A stretch of 64,000 nt of DNA, from contig JBHHZE010000009.1 in NCBI GenBank assembly GCA_046757925.1, positions 6,095-70,094 on the forward strand. The letters run 5' to 3'. This stretch comes from Gemmatimonadales bacterium. GTDB taxonomy: Bacteria > Gemmatimonadota > Gemmatimonadetes > Gemmatimonadales > GWC2-71-9. A program made the translations under genes and the position numbers. This document shows, piece by piece, positions 45,970 to 55,322 of this stretch. How positions within the stretch are numbered: position 1 is the first letter of the stretch; every line of letters starts with the position of its first letter. The notes under the pieces were generated by a model, which saw nothing but the letters and a program-made list of their open reading frames with translations, was not told where the DNA came from and searched no databases.

Positions 45970-46841
45970 CGTCGCCAGAGCAACCGACAACCGAACTGAT
46001 CCGGGTCAACGGCAATGATTTGTTCACTCGGGCTGTCGGGCAGGGACCCAATGTCGTAGTGCTTCATGGCGGACCCGGTGCTCACCATGACTATCTGTTG
46101 CCACAGTTCGATGGTTTGGCGGGCGGGCGACGAATGCTCTACTACGATCAGCGTGGCGGCGGAAAATCAAGCATACGACGCAAAGCGCCGGTCGGGTGGC
46201 AGGATCATGTATGTGACCTCGACGCTCTTATCGATCACTGGACGCTTTCGCCTGTCACCCTCCTAGGCTATTCGTGGGGCGGACTCCTTGCCATCCTCTA
46301 TGGCATAACTCATCCCGACAAGGTGGGACGTCTGGCTCTGGTGTCACCGGCGCCCATAACGGCCGCAGGAAGGCAAGAGTTTGAACGTAGGTTCAGGAGT
46401 CGCGCTGCGGGCCCCAGGATCAAGACGCTCAGAAAGCAACTTGCGCTATCCGGATTGCGCGAACGCGATGTGACTGCCTACCGACAGCGAGCTTTCGAAT
46501 TGTCCGTCGCACCTTACTTTGCCAACCCGGATCGGGCGCGCGAGCTCACACCCTTTCGCGTAAACGGCCGCATCCAGGAGGCGGTGTGGCGAACTCTGGG
46601 GGAATATGACCTCAGGGACGCAGTGGGCCGCCTCGTGGTCCCGGCTCTCGTAATCCACGGCAGGCAGGACGTCATCCCACTCTCGTCGTCCGAGCTGACC
46701 GCCTCCTTGCTGCAAGCACGGCTCGAGATCTGCGAAGATTCGGGTCATGTGCCATACATCGAGGCTTACGATCAGTTCATCCGGGCTCTGGACCGCTTTC
46801 TGCCCCAATCGAACTCAGCTACTCGCGCCAAGCCATGCTGA
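45966..46841 (+). CDS. Alpha/beta hydrolase (proline iminopeptidase-like)
   Basis: HGGPGAHHDY, the nucleophile elbow GYSWGG, and a C-terminal ...CEDSGHVPYIE (catalytic His). Confidence 0.75.
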   Translation: MTSPEQPTTELIRVNGNDLFTRAVGQGPNVVVLHGGPGAHHDYLLPQFDGLAGGRRMLYYDQRGGGKSSIRRKAPVGWQDHVCDLDALIDHWTLSPVTLLGYSWGGLLAILYGITHPDKVGRLALVSPAPITAAGRQEFERRFRSRAAGPRIKTLRKQLALSGLRERDVTAYRQRAFELSVAPYFANPDRARELTPFRVNGRIQEAVWRTLGEYDLRDAVGRLVVPALVIHGRQDVIPLSSSELTASLLQARLEICEDSGHVPYIEAYDQFIRALDRFLPQSNSATRAKPC

Positions 46842-46861
46842 GACATAGCTTCAGTACAATC

Positions 46862-48589
46862 ATGAACAAAAAGGATGTCGTGAACACGCTCGATGAGATC
46901 GTAGCCTACCTCGAGCTGAAGGGCGCGAGCGCTGCCAGTATCAGTGCACATCGAGCTGCCGCCAGAGCCGTGAAAGCGTTCCCCGGAGATCTCGAGTATT
47001 GGCTTTCTGAAACCGGCGCAGCCTCGCGCCGTCTCGATCCAAGCATACACGGAATAGTGTCCGAGATTCTCCAGACAGGCAGCACTCATGCGTTGGAGCG
47101 TCTGCGCCGGGAGTTTCCCCCCAGCCTGGTCGAAATGTTCCAGATTCCGGGACTGGGGGCGGCAAAAATTCGACAGATTTACGAGGGCTTAAAGGTAGAT
47201 TCCTTGGCTGAACTCGAAGCCGCCGCTCGTGACAGACGCCTCGAAGCACTACCGAGATTCGGCAAGAAGACTGCAGCGAAGATCCTCAATAGCATCGAGC
47301 AGCTGAGATGGGGTAGCGAGGCACGGCTGTTCCACCATGCCTACCGCGAGGCCAAGGAGCTCGCCGCGGTCCTCTCGGGGATTTCCAGCGTGGCGCGGGT
47401 TGAAATAGCTGGAGCGGTGCGCCGGCGTCTGGAAATCATAAGAGGTCTAGATTTCGTGGTTCAAGTGAGTGGGTCACCGGACGACCTGGTTCGTCGGCTC
47501 GGGACCGTACCGGGAGTAAGAGAGTTCATCACCGACAAGGAAAATTCACTCTCCCTCAAGTTTGCAAGTGGCACGCTTGCGGATATCCATTGGACACGAG
47601 CGGCGCAGTTCGGATTCCAGTTCTTGCGTGCCACCGGCAGCGTTGACCATATCGACCGACTGCGGCAACTGGCTGACGGTAAAGGAATCACTTGGACAGA
47701 GACTGAGTTGATTCGGAACGGCGAGTCGCTCCAAACCCGCTCGGAACTGGATGTCTACCGTGCCCTGGGGCTGCCGTACATCGAGCCGGAACTAAGGGAG
47801 GGTGGAGGTGAGATCGAGGCGGCGCGTGCCGGTACTCTACCGACCCTGATCGAACGGTCTGACATTCGCGGGTTCCTCCACTGTCATTCCACATACTCCG
47901 ACGGGACCAGCACCGTGCCGGAGTGGGCTAGAGCATGCCGCGAAGCCGGGTATGAGTATCTCGGAATAACAGATCATAGCGAACGGGCTACGTTCGCCGG
48001 CGGCATCACCGGAGATCAGGTGCGAATGCAACACGAGGAAATCGATGCCGTAAACAAGCGGCACTCCACCTTCCGCGTCCTGAAAGGAATAGAAGCGGAT
48101 ATCCTCGAGGACGGATCGCTCGACCTCATTCCGCAGGTTAGAGATTCATTCGAGTTCGTCATTGCATCGGTTCACAACAAGCTCGAAATGAACGTGACTC
48201 GAATGACAGCGCGGATTCTCAAGGCGATGGAGGATCCCAAGATGGTTATCTGGGGCCATCCAACCGGACGCCTACTACTGTCACGCGAGCCATACGGGCT
48301 GGATCTCGACAGAATATTCAGGGCGGCAGCCGAACTCGGTGTGGCGATCGAGATCAATGCGGACCCGCAGCGGCTCGATCTGGATTGGCGGTTACTGCAG
48401 CAGGCCATAGATGCTGGCGTAACAATTGCGATTGGGGCGGACGCACACCATGTCGAGGGGCTGCGTAACATGGACGTCGGAGTAGGTATTGCCCGCAAGG
48501 GCTGGGTAACCAAGGAACATGTGCTCAACACCAGGACGGTGGACGAGTTTCTCAGACGGGCGCATGCAAGGCCCGGGCAAGCTCTGTGA
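46862..48589 (+). CDS. polX: Family X DNA polymerase with a C-terminal PHP domain (PolX)
   Basis: HhH motifs (IPGLGAAKIRQIY; LPRFGKKTAAKI), a palm region (AGAVRRRLEIIRGLDFVV) and a PHP domain (FLHCHSTYSDG...ITDHS...). The ATG at 46862 is preferred over 46835. Confidence 0.8.
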   Translation: MNKKDVVNTLDEIVAYLELKGASAASISAHRAAARAVKAFPGDLEYWLSETGAASRRLDPSIHGIVSEILQTGSTHALERLRREFPPSLVEMFQIPGLGAAKIRQIYEGLKVDSLAELEAAARDRRLEALPRFGKKTAAKILNSIEQLRWGSEARLFHHAYREAKELAAVLSGISSVARVEIAGAVRRRLEIIRGLDFVVQVSGSPDDLVRRLGTVPGVREFITDKENSLSLKFASGTLADIHWTRAAQFGFQFLRATGSVDHIDRLRQLADGKGITWTETELIRNGESLQTRSELDVYRALGLPYIEPELREGGGEIEAARAGTLPTLIERSDIRGFLHCHSTYSDGTSTVPEWARACREAGYEYLGITDHSERATFAGGITGDQVRMQHEEIDAVNKRHSTFRVLKGIEADILEDGSLDLIPQVRDSFEFVIASVHNKLEMNVTRMTARILKAMEDPKMVIWGHPTGRLLLSREPYGLDLDRIFRAAAELGVAIEINADPQRLDLDWRLLQQAIDAGVTIAIGADAHHVEGLRNMDVGVGIARKGWVTKEHVLNTRTVDEFLRRAHARPGQAL

Positions 48590-49260
48590 AATCCGCGAAG
48601 GAACGAGTGCGTCCGGTCATCCGAAAACTCAAGAAAACTTTTCCCGACGCCCGCTGCTCCCTAGTCCATCGTAACCCACTCGAGCTGCTGGTCTCCACGA
48701 TACTCAGCGCACAGTGTACCGATGACCGCGTCAATCTAGTTACTGCAGATTTGTTTCGCGTATATAAGACGGCAATGGATTACGCGAATGCGTCACCGGA
48801 AGTGCTGGAGACTCAGATCAAATCCACCGGATTTTACCGCAATAAGGCTAAATCAATAATCAACATGTCGCAGCGGTTGGTCGACGAACATGGAGGTAAG
48901 GTACCACGCACCATGGATGCGCTCGTGAAACTGCCTGGTGTCGGACGAAAGACGGCCAACGTGGTGCTGGGAAACGCGTTTGGCATTGACGAGGGGGTGG
49001 TCGTAGACACACATGTCAGACGCATTACGAACCGCCTGGGCTTCACAGATCAGCAGGATCCCGTCAAGGTAGAGCAGGATCTGATCAAGCTGGTACCCAA
49101 GAAAGAGTGGACGATCTTTCCCCACTTACTGATCCACCATGGTAGATCGATCTGCCAGGCACGTACCCCAAAGTGCGACCTTTGTCCCGTCGCCGATCTC
49201 TGCCCGTCAGTCAACAATGAGCGCATTTCTCAACCGACGGAGCGGTACGTGACCACATGA
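48586..49260 (+). CDS. nth: Endonuclease III
   Basis: HhH-GPD region (LVKLPGVGRKTANVVL...VDTHV) and a 4Fe-4S cluster loop C-x6-C-x2-C-x5-C (CQARTPKCDLCPVADLC). Confidence 0.9.
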   Translation: MKSAKERVRPVIRKLKKTFPDARCSLVHRNPLELLVSTILSAQCTDDRVNLVTADLFRVYKTAMDYANASPEVLETQIKSTGFYRNKAKSIINMSQRLVDEHGGKVPRTMDALVKLPGVGRKTANVVLGNAFGIDEGVVVDTHVRRITNRLGFTDQQDPVKVEQDLIKLVPKKEWTIFPHLLIHHGRSICQARTPKCDLCPVADLCPSVNNERISQPTERYVTT

Positions 49261-49685
49261 GAATTGATTTTGCCGTGGTGTGCGACTACGCGATCCTCGA
49301 TCAGTACGGAAAGCTATCGGTGATGGGGATATTTCAGCACATCTGGGTCACTCAATTCCCTACCGTGCACCCGCGCTTGCATCTCGTGCTCCGGCTGAAG
49401 GGGTCTCGTACCGAAGTGGGCAAGCATGATGTGAATATTCGGCTTACGGACGATGAAGGAACCGAGATCATCGGTGGTGACGGTTCGGTGAACTTCTCGG
49501 AACCGCCGGCTGGGATCTTGGAAGTCGAGTCGGGCGCCGTACTGGTATTCGATGTTCCATTTGCGCATGAAGGCCGCTACGAGTTCGAGATCACGGTGGA
49601 TCAGGAGGTCTCGACAACCGTACCAGTAACGGTGTCCCTCGGTCCCAATTCCGCCCCGAACGACACCGCAGAAGCTACCGCGTAA
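49257..49685 (+). CDS. Hypothetical beta-rich protein translationally coupled to nth
   Basis: 142 aa, MRIDFAVVCDYAILDQYGKLSVMGIFQHIWVTQFPTVHPRLHLVLRL... Its ATGA overlaps the nth stop. I recognise no motif. Confidence 0.5.
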   Translation: MRIDFAVVCDYAILDQYGKLSVMGIFQHIWVTQFPTVHPRLHLVLRLKGSRTEVGKHDVNIRLTDDEGTEIIGGDGSVNFSEPPAGILEVESGAVLVFDVPFAHEGRYEFEITVDQEVSTTVPVTVSLGPNSAPNDTAEATA

Positions 49686-49709
49686 ACCATTCGCCACATA
49701 CCGTTTCGC

Positions 49710-51416
49710 ATGCCCAGGAAGCGCAGGCTCGTCCCGACCGTGTCCCTCACCCTATGCTTGGTGGCGCTGGCATACGATATCGGGGGCTATCCCCTGCTCG
49801 ATCCGGACGAAGGACGCAATGCAGAGGTGGCACGCGAGATGGCCAGTACCAATAATTTCATTGTACCTCATTTGAACGGCGTGCCATACGTCGACAAGCC
49901 CATGCTGTTTTTCGGAGCAGTGGCCGCGGTAATGAAGGTACTGGGCCCAACTGTTACAGCGGCACGGTTACCATCACTCGTTTTCACCTTGCTGACTCTT
50001 GCGGTTGTCTTCTGGTTTGGAAGAAGAACATTTGGGGCTGGAGCCGCCTGGATTGCTACGATCGCCTCTGCAGCGACACCGTTCACCCTAGCCTACTCTC
50101 GGACCGTGATCTTCGACAGCACGCTTACCTTCTTTGTCGTGGTGGCGATCGTAGGGTTCTTTATGGCTATCGACAGCGGGGCTCGGATACCCGCCAAGCC
50201 ACCGCATGAGACAGGAGCCGACTGGTGGATGAGCCTGACGTGGGTTGCAATGGCATGCGGCGTGCTCACTAAGGGACCGATTGCGCTCGCGGTTCCGTTG
50301 ATGATTGCCATACCATATGCCGCATGGCGTCGTGGATGGAGATCGCTGGGTGACACTCTTTCCATCCTGCTGTTCGTGGCGCTCGTCTTACCATGGGTGC
50401 TCGCAATGTCGCGCGAAGTGCCGGGGTTCGTTCACTATGTACTGTGGACGGAAACAATCGCGCGACTAACGACCGGTGAGCTACACCGAACAGGACCGCT
50501 CTGGTATTTCCTGGTCATCCTTCCAGCGGCCACACTGCCGTGGTCACTGATACTCCTTGGAGGAATGTGGCGCGCGCGTCCATGGAGACGGCCCGACGAC
50601 ACAGTCGATAAAAGCGTAATCTACCTGTTGCTGTGGATCATCGTCCCGCTTGCCTTCTTCTCCCTCTCACAATCCAAGCGCCCCCAATACGTCTTGCCGT
50701 TGGTACCCGCAGTGGGACTCTTGCTGGGCGCACTCTGGACAAGATGGCGTACACGGTTATATGGAGCTCGAACTGCCGCCGTCGCCATGGCCGTACTGGG
50801 AGTCGCACTGCTGACCGCGCACGGATCCATCGCCAATCTGCTTGCCGCCAGCCCTGGTATCGCAGCGGCGGTTCCTGCCGCTGCCGCGATCATTGGAATC
50901 GGCTGCATTGTAGGCGGCGTACTGGCATACGTCGGCGTAGGGAACAGTGATCTATTGTTGCTCGGTTTTGCAATTCCGATCATCGCGATTCCCGTGTCTG
51001 CCAGAACCCTCATGGACGAGATAGGTCGTACGCGGTCGGCGGCGGAGATATCCGCAGCATTGCTGCCCGAAATGTCAGACGACGTGCAGGTCGTGGGAGT
51101 GCACGCCTTTCCACCATCGTTGCCGTTTTACCTCAATAGGCCCTTGATACTCTCGACTAAAGATGGTGCTGAATTGACCAGCAATTACATCGTGCGCCAC
51201 TACGACGAGTGGTCCGGCACAACATGGCTACGGGATGCTGGATGGTGGAGACAGGCGCTCATCCGGTGTGTGCGACCTCGTGTATTCATCGTCCGCAGCA
51301 ATGACCGTGACGCTCGCGAGTTGCTGGATCAGCAGCTCAATCTGGTGATCGACACCGGTAAATACGCTGCGTACGGACCGTGTGGATTCTCTCACTTGGC
51401 AACGGTCGGCCCATAG
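49710..51416 (+). CDS. GT39/ArnT-like glycosyltransferase (PMT_2 family)
   Basis: 568 aa and polytopic. It has the N-terminal loop motif LLDPDEGRNAEVAREM, and LTKGPIALAVPL. Confidence 0.75.
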   Translation: MPRKRRLVPTVSLTLCLVALAYDIGGYPLLDPDEGRNAEVAREMASTNNFIVPHLNGVPYVDKPMLFFGAVAAVMKVLGPTVTAARLPSLVFTLLTLAVVFWFGRRTFGAGAAWIATIASAATPFTLAYSRTVIFDSTLTFFVVVAIVGFFMAIDSGARIPAKPPHETGADWWMSLTWVAMACGVLTKGPIALAVPLMIAIPYAAWRRGWRSLGDTLSILLFVALVLPWVLAMSREVPGFVHYVLWTETIARLTTGELHRTGPLWYFLVILPAATLPWSLILLGGMWRARPWRRPDDTVDKSVIYLLLWIIVPLAFFSLSQSKRPQYVLPLVPAVGLLLGALWTRWRTRLYGARTAAVAMAVLGVALLTAHGSIANLLAASPGIAAAVPAAAAIIGIGCIVGGVLAYVGVGNSDLLLLGFAIPIIAIPVSARTLMDEIGRTRSAAEISAALLPEMSDDVQVVGVHAFPPSLPFYLNRPLILSTKDGAELTSNYIVRHYDEWSGTTWLRDAGWWRQALIRCVRPRVFIVRSNDRDARELLDQQLNLVIDTGKYAAYGPCGFSHLATVGP

Positions 51417-51419
51417 AGC

Positions 51420-53276
51420 ATGTGCGGGATATACGGAATCGTGTCGCTGCGAGGCCTGCCGCTCGCGGATCTGGACAGTCTTGCTGCCATGGGAACTCTC
51501 TTGAGGCATCGTGGTCCCGATGCGCATGGCATATTGCGGTGTCCACACGCCGCCTTCGGCGCCGAGCGCCTTCGAATAATCGATCCATCGCCCGCGGCCG
51601 ACCAGCCGTTTGCAGACCCCGCCCAACAGATCTGGTTGGTCCTGAACGGCACGATCTATAACTCGCACGAAATCAGACGCCGCTATCCCGAGTACCCCTT
51701 CCGGTCGCGGTCGGATGTCGAGGCGCTAATGCCTCTATACCTGGACCTGGGCGTAAGCTGCCTCGATCAGATCGATGGCATGTTCGCACTGGCAATCTAT
51801 GACCGGAGAGTTGGCACGTTGCTGCTGGCGCGCGACCGGGCAGGTGAAAAGCCACTGTTCTATTCCCATTTTGGTGGCGAAATCTGGTTCGCGTCAGAGA
51901 TCCAAGCTCTACTCAAACCCAAACGCTGCAGGCCCAGTCTGGACCTCTGCGCCTTGAGAGAATTCGCAACGTTCGGCTATGTTCGAGAGCCGCGCTCGAT
52001 GTTTGTTGGTTTGCACAAGGTAGAGTCAGGCACAGGAATCGTTTTCGATGCCGAGGGTGTCCGAAGGCACAGATACTGGAAACCCGATACCCTAGACGTT
52101 CAACCGATCCACGCCGCCGACGCGGTTCGAGAGCTGGATCAACTGCTTCGAGATGCCGTTTCCCGGCAATTGGTTGCCGACGTCCCGCTCGGAGTGTTCG
52201 TCAGCGGCGGTGTAGATTCATCTCTGCTTGCGGCACTCGCCACCGACGCATTGGGCGCCGATAGGATTCATACCTTTAGCGTGGGTTTCTGCAACCAGTC
52301 CTTCGACGAGGGTCTACACGCAAGGAGGATCGCGTCGCTATTGGGCACCCGGCACATCCAGATCGAAGCGACCGAGGATACCCTCCGCTCTGCACTTCAT
52401 AGGATCACGACCCGACTCGCCGAGCCGATCGCCGATCCCGCGATCCTCCCGACGCTGCTGCTCGCAGAAGTGGCCAGAGAACACGTTGCAGTCGTATTGA
52501 GCGGCGAGGGCGCGGACGAGTTGTTTGGCGGCTATCCCACATATCTTGGTCACCTGCTGGCGCCCCGTTACAGGGCCCTGCCTTCGTTTTTGCGTGCGCC
52601 GATAGATCAACTTGCGGCCCGACTTCCACTCACTCCCAACCGCAATATCTCCATCGCGCATCTGTTCAAGCGGTTCACTGCCGGCGCATCGCTAGCCCTT
52701 CCGGAACGACACATCAGATGGTTCGGGAGTAGGATCGATGCCGACGACATCCTGGGTGAGCAATTCGACAAGACCCGTTGGGAAACCGAATTCCCGTCCA
52801 CTGGAGATGCGTTGAGACGCGCAATGCTGTTCGACTACCTTACATATCTCCGCGACGATCTGCTGCCGAAAGTGGATCGAGCCACGATGCTGTGTTCGGT
52901 TGAAGCACGTTCCCCTTACCTGGATCAGGCAGTGACGAGATTCGCGTTCGGTCTGCCGACTGCACTGAAGGTGCGGGGCATCACCACCAAATGGGTGTTG
53001 AAGCGAGTGGCGTCACGCTGGCTGCCCACTTCAATCGTCCGTCGTCGCAAGAGAGGACTGAGCGTACCGATCTCTCGCTGGATCAATTGCGGATTGCGTG
53101 GAGAGATCGACCGGCTACTGGCACGGGAACGGATAGATCGCGAGGGATTGTTGAACAGTGATACGGTGCAGCGACTTCTCGTCCAGCACCGCCGGGGAAC
53201 CGCAGACCACGGTCGGGCCCTTTGGACAATCATCGTGCTGGAGTACTGGATGCAACACTGGTTCTCGGAGGAATAG
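51420..53276 (+). CDS. asnB: Asparagine synthase (glutamine-hydrolysing)
   Basis: MCGIYG provides the N-terminal Cys nucleophile, and the PP-loop is VFVSGGVDSS. Confidence 0.85.
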   Translation: MCGIYGIVSLRGLPLADLDSLAAMGTLLRHRGPDAHGILRCPHAAFGAERLRIIDPSPAADQPFADPAQQIWLVLNGTIYNSHEIRRRYPEYPFRSRSDVEALMPLYLDLGVSCLDQIDGMFALAIYDRRVGTLLLARDRAGEKPLFYSHFGGEIWFASEIQALLKPKRCRPSLDLCALREFATFGYVREPRSMFVGLHKVESGTGIVFDAEGVRRHRYWKPDTLDVQPIHAADAVRELDQLLRDAVSRQLVADVPLGVFVSGGVDSSLLAALATDALGADRIHTFSVGFCNQSFDEGLHARRIASLLGTRHIQIEATEDTLRSALHRITTRLAEPIADPAILPTLLLAEVAREHVAVVLSGEGADELFGGYPTYLGHLLAPRYRALPSFLRAPIDQLAARLPLTPNRNISIAHLFKRFTAGASLALPERHIRWFGSRIDADDILGEQFDKTRWETEFPSTGDALRRAMLFDYLTYLRDDLLPKVDRATMLCSVEARSPYLDQAVTRFAFGLPTALKVRGITTKWVLKRVASRWLPTSIVRRRKRGLSVPISRWINCGLRGEIDRLLARERIDREGLLNSDTVQRLLVQHRRGTADHGRALWTIIVLEYWMQHWFSEE

Positions 53277-53278
53277 GA

Positions 53279-53860
53279 ATGACGCGTGATGAGGCAATTG
53301 CACTAATGCATGAATACACTTCGTCGGATGCACTTCGCAAACACATGTACGCAGTTGAGGCAGCTATGCGAGCATACGCGGTCAAGTTCGCAGAAGATCC
53401 AGCAGAATGGGGGCTCGTGGGCCTGCTGCATGACTACGACTACGAACGCTATCCCAATGATGCACACTCTGCAACCGAGGAGCATCCGTCGTATGGAGTG
53501 AATCTATTGCGAGAGCGGGGGTTTCCAGACCACATGTGTCGGGCCATTATGGGACACGCCACATACACTGGAGTGGCTCGCGACACTCAGATGGCAAAGA
53601 GCCTGTTCGCGGTAGACGAACTGTGCGGTTTCCTCGTGGCCTGTGTGCTCGTCCGACCTTCAAAGAGTTTCTCCGACCTCAAGGTCAAGAGCGTCAAGAA
53701 GAAGCTCAAGGACAAGGGCTTTGCGCGCGGGGTCAACCGCGAGGAAGTCTACCAGGGTGCCGAGGAGCTGGGCGTTTTGCTGGACGAACACATTCAGTTT
53801 CTAATCGACGCGCTGCGGCCGATCGAGGCCGAGCTAGGTCTAGGAAGCACATCGCCATAG
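53279..53860 (+). CDS. HD-domain phosphohydrolase
   Basis: MTRDEAIALMHEYTSSDALRKHMYAVEAAMRAYA...GLLHDYDYERYP...HP. The ATG at 53279 is chosen; the upstream part of the ORF overlaps asnB. Confidence 0.7.
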   Translation: MTRDEAIALMHEYTSSDALRKHMYAVEAAMRAYAVKFAEDPAEWGLVGLLHDYDYERYPNDAHSATEEHPSYGVNLLRERGFPDHMCRAIMGHATYTGVARDTQMAKSLFAVDELCGFLVACVLVRPSKSFSDLKVKSVKKKLKDKGFARGVNREEVYQGAEELGVLLDEHIQFLIDALRPIEAELGLGSTSP

Positions 53861-53886
53861 GGAACTGTCAACGAAATGGGCTCTGC
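53861..53886 (+). promoter_or_regulatory. Possible ECF-type promoter (GGAACT-N15-TCTGC) upstream of the sigma factor gene
   Basis: GGAACT at 53861-53866 and TCTGC at 53882-53886, with the ATG at 53902. The AAC -35 core is typical of autoregulated ECF promoters. The -10 assignment is weak. Confidence 0.25.
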
Positions 53887-53901
53887 TTGCGTACAACAGT
53901 T

Positions 53902-54453
53902 ATGACAGACGCCGAACTCGCAGCCCGAGCGCACGCCGGGGACCGTGAAGCATTCGGTGAGTTGGTACAGCGCTATGCGGGCCAAGCACGCCGAGTGGCC
54001 CGAGCTGCATTGGGCAACGAGGCCGACGCTGACGACGCAGCACAGGACGGGTTCCTGGCGGCGTTGCGTAACCTGGGGAGGTACGATCCCACTCGTCCTT
54101 TTGGACCGTGGCTGATGCGAATCGTGGCGAATGCTGCCACCGATCGGCGAAGGAGACGGAAGGTCCGGGCCACCAGTGAGATCCCGCCGCAGACGGCGTT
54201 TATGGGTCCGGCGACCGACCGAGCTGCTTTGCGTGGAGACTTTCGAGATGCCCTCGCAGCGGCTCTCGCAGGACTCCCCGAGCGGCGCAGGCTGGCCGTG
54301 GTCTTGTTTGACGTTGAGGGATACTCGCACAAGGAGATAGCGGAAATCCTGAAGGTACCTGTGGGCACCGCAAGGTCCGATGTGTTCCACGCACGCCGTG
54401 CTCTGCGTGCCGAGCTAGCGGACTTCGAGGAATTGAAGGAGGAAATCATATGA
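53902..54453 (+). CDS. ECF-type RNA polymerase sigma-70 factor
   Basis: Region 2 reads AHAGDREAFGELVQRYAGQARRVA...DADDAAQDGFL. Region 4 reads EGYSHKEIAEILKVPVGTARSDVFHARRALR. The long ORF from 53536 is a spurious 5' extension. Confidence 0.85.
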   Translation: MTDAELAARAHAGDREAFGELVQRYAGQARRVARAALGNEADADDAAQDGFLAALRNLGRYDPTRPFGPWLMRIVANAATDRRRRRKVRATSEIPPQTAFMGPATDRAALRGDFRDALAAALAGLPERRRLAVVLFDVEGYSHKEIAEILKVPVGTARSDVFHARRALRAELADFEELKEEII

Positions 54454-54842
54454 AGGCATCGGCATTTGATCACCGGCCGGATCGCGAATTGGGTAAGGCC
54501 CTGAAGGTCATACTCTCCGCCGAAGACGACGCTGCGTTCGCCGACGGAGTGATGCAGCGTGCAGTGGATTTACCGTTGCCGACATCCACCGGCAGAGACT
54601 CATGGGAGATTCTCGGTGACTGGGCTGGGCCGGGCCTTGCGGCCGCCGTTGTTGGCCTAACAATCGGCGCTCTAATATGGCTGGGTGGTGTACCGGGCAG
54701 CAGCGACGCGGTGCTTGGCAGCACTCCACTGGGCGATCCACTACAACAGGTGGAGTCTACCGAGGTACCGCCTACTCTGCTTACAACAAATCAAGTACCA
54801 GACGTAGATGCCTTCTTGGCCTTTTCGCTCGAGAACCGATAA
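54450..54842 (+). CDS. Putative anti-sigma factor (single-pass membrane protein)
   Basis: 130 aa. It overlaps the sigma gene stop (ATGA) and has one TM helix (GLAAAVVGLTIGALIWLGG). It has no zinc-binding HxxxCxxC motif. Confidence 0.5.
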   Translation: MKASAFDHRPDRELGKALKVILSAEDDAAFADGVMQRAVDLPLPTSTGRDSWEILGDWAGPGLAAAVVGLTIGALIWLGGVPGSSDAVLGSTPLGDPLQQVESTEVPPTLLTTNQVPDVDAFLAFSLENR

Positions 54843-54892
54843 TGCCAGATAACTTCTCAGTCATGTCTGTCGCAACAAAGGTGGTGATGTAA

Positions 54893-55318
54893 ATGCTCAA
54901 CCGATCGAAGCTATGGGCAGCTATCCTGCTAATCGCAGCGTTTGCGGCTGGCGTAGCCGTCGGTGGTGGAACAACTGCAGCATTGGGTGACGGTAAGGCC
55001 GCGACCAACGCTACCAGTGAAAGAAATTCCACCAGAGACCGTGAACACCGCAGAAGTTACGGTGAACGGCTACAAGAGGAATTGAACCTATCGCCCAGCC
55101 AACGTGCCTCCGTCGATACCATAATTCAACGACGCCAGACGGAAATGCATAACCTATGGAAGGAAGTTGGCCCGAAGTTTGACGCTCTTCGCAATGACAT
55201 CCGAAAGCAAGTGATGAGCGTACTGGACGAGACACAGCAAGAGAAATTTCGCGAACTCATCGCGAGTAGCGATAGAAACAGGGAGAGAAGAGACCGTAAT
55301 GGTTCGAAACATCGGTAG
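54893..55318 (+). CDS. Periplasmic LTXXQ-motif protein (Spy/CpxP-like)
   Basis: Signal or TM segment (LWAAILLIAAFAAGVAVG), the LNLSPSQRASV motif, and a helical basic C-terminus. Confidence 0.6.
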   Translation: MLNRSKLWAAILLIAAFAAGVAVGGGTTAALGDGKAATNATSERNSTRDREHRRSYGERLQEELNLSPSQRASVDTIIQRRQTEMHNLWKEVGPKFDALRNDIRKQVMSVLDETQQEKFRELIASSDRNRERRDRNGSKHR

Positions 55319-55322
55319 CAGC

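Noticed and set aside
53536-53901. A 122-codon N-terminal extension of the ECF sigma ORF, giving the 305-aa ORF in the track.
   Set aside because: The extension overlaps the HD-domain gene in another frame and is Arg/Gly-rich junk. The sigma-70 region 2 homology begins right after the ATG at 53902.
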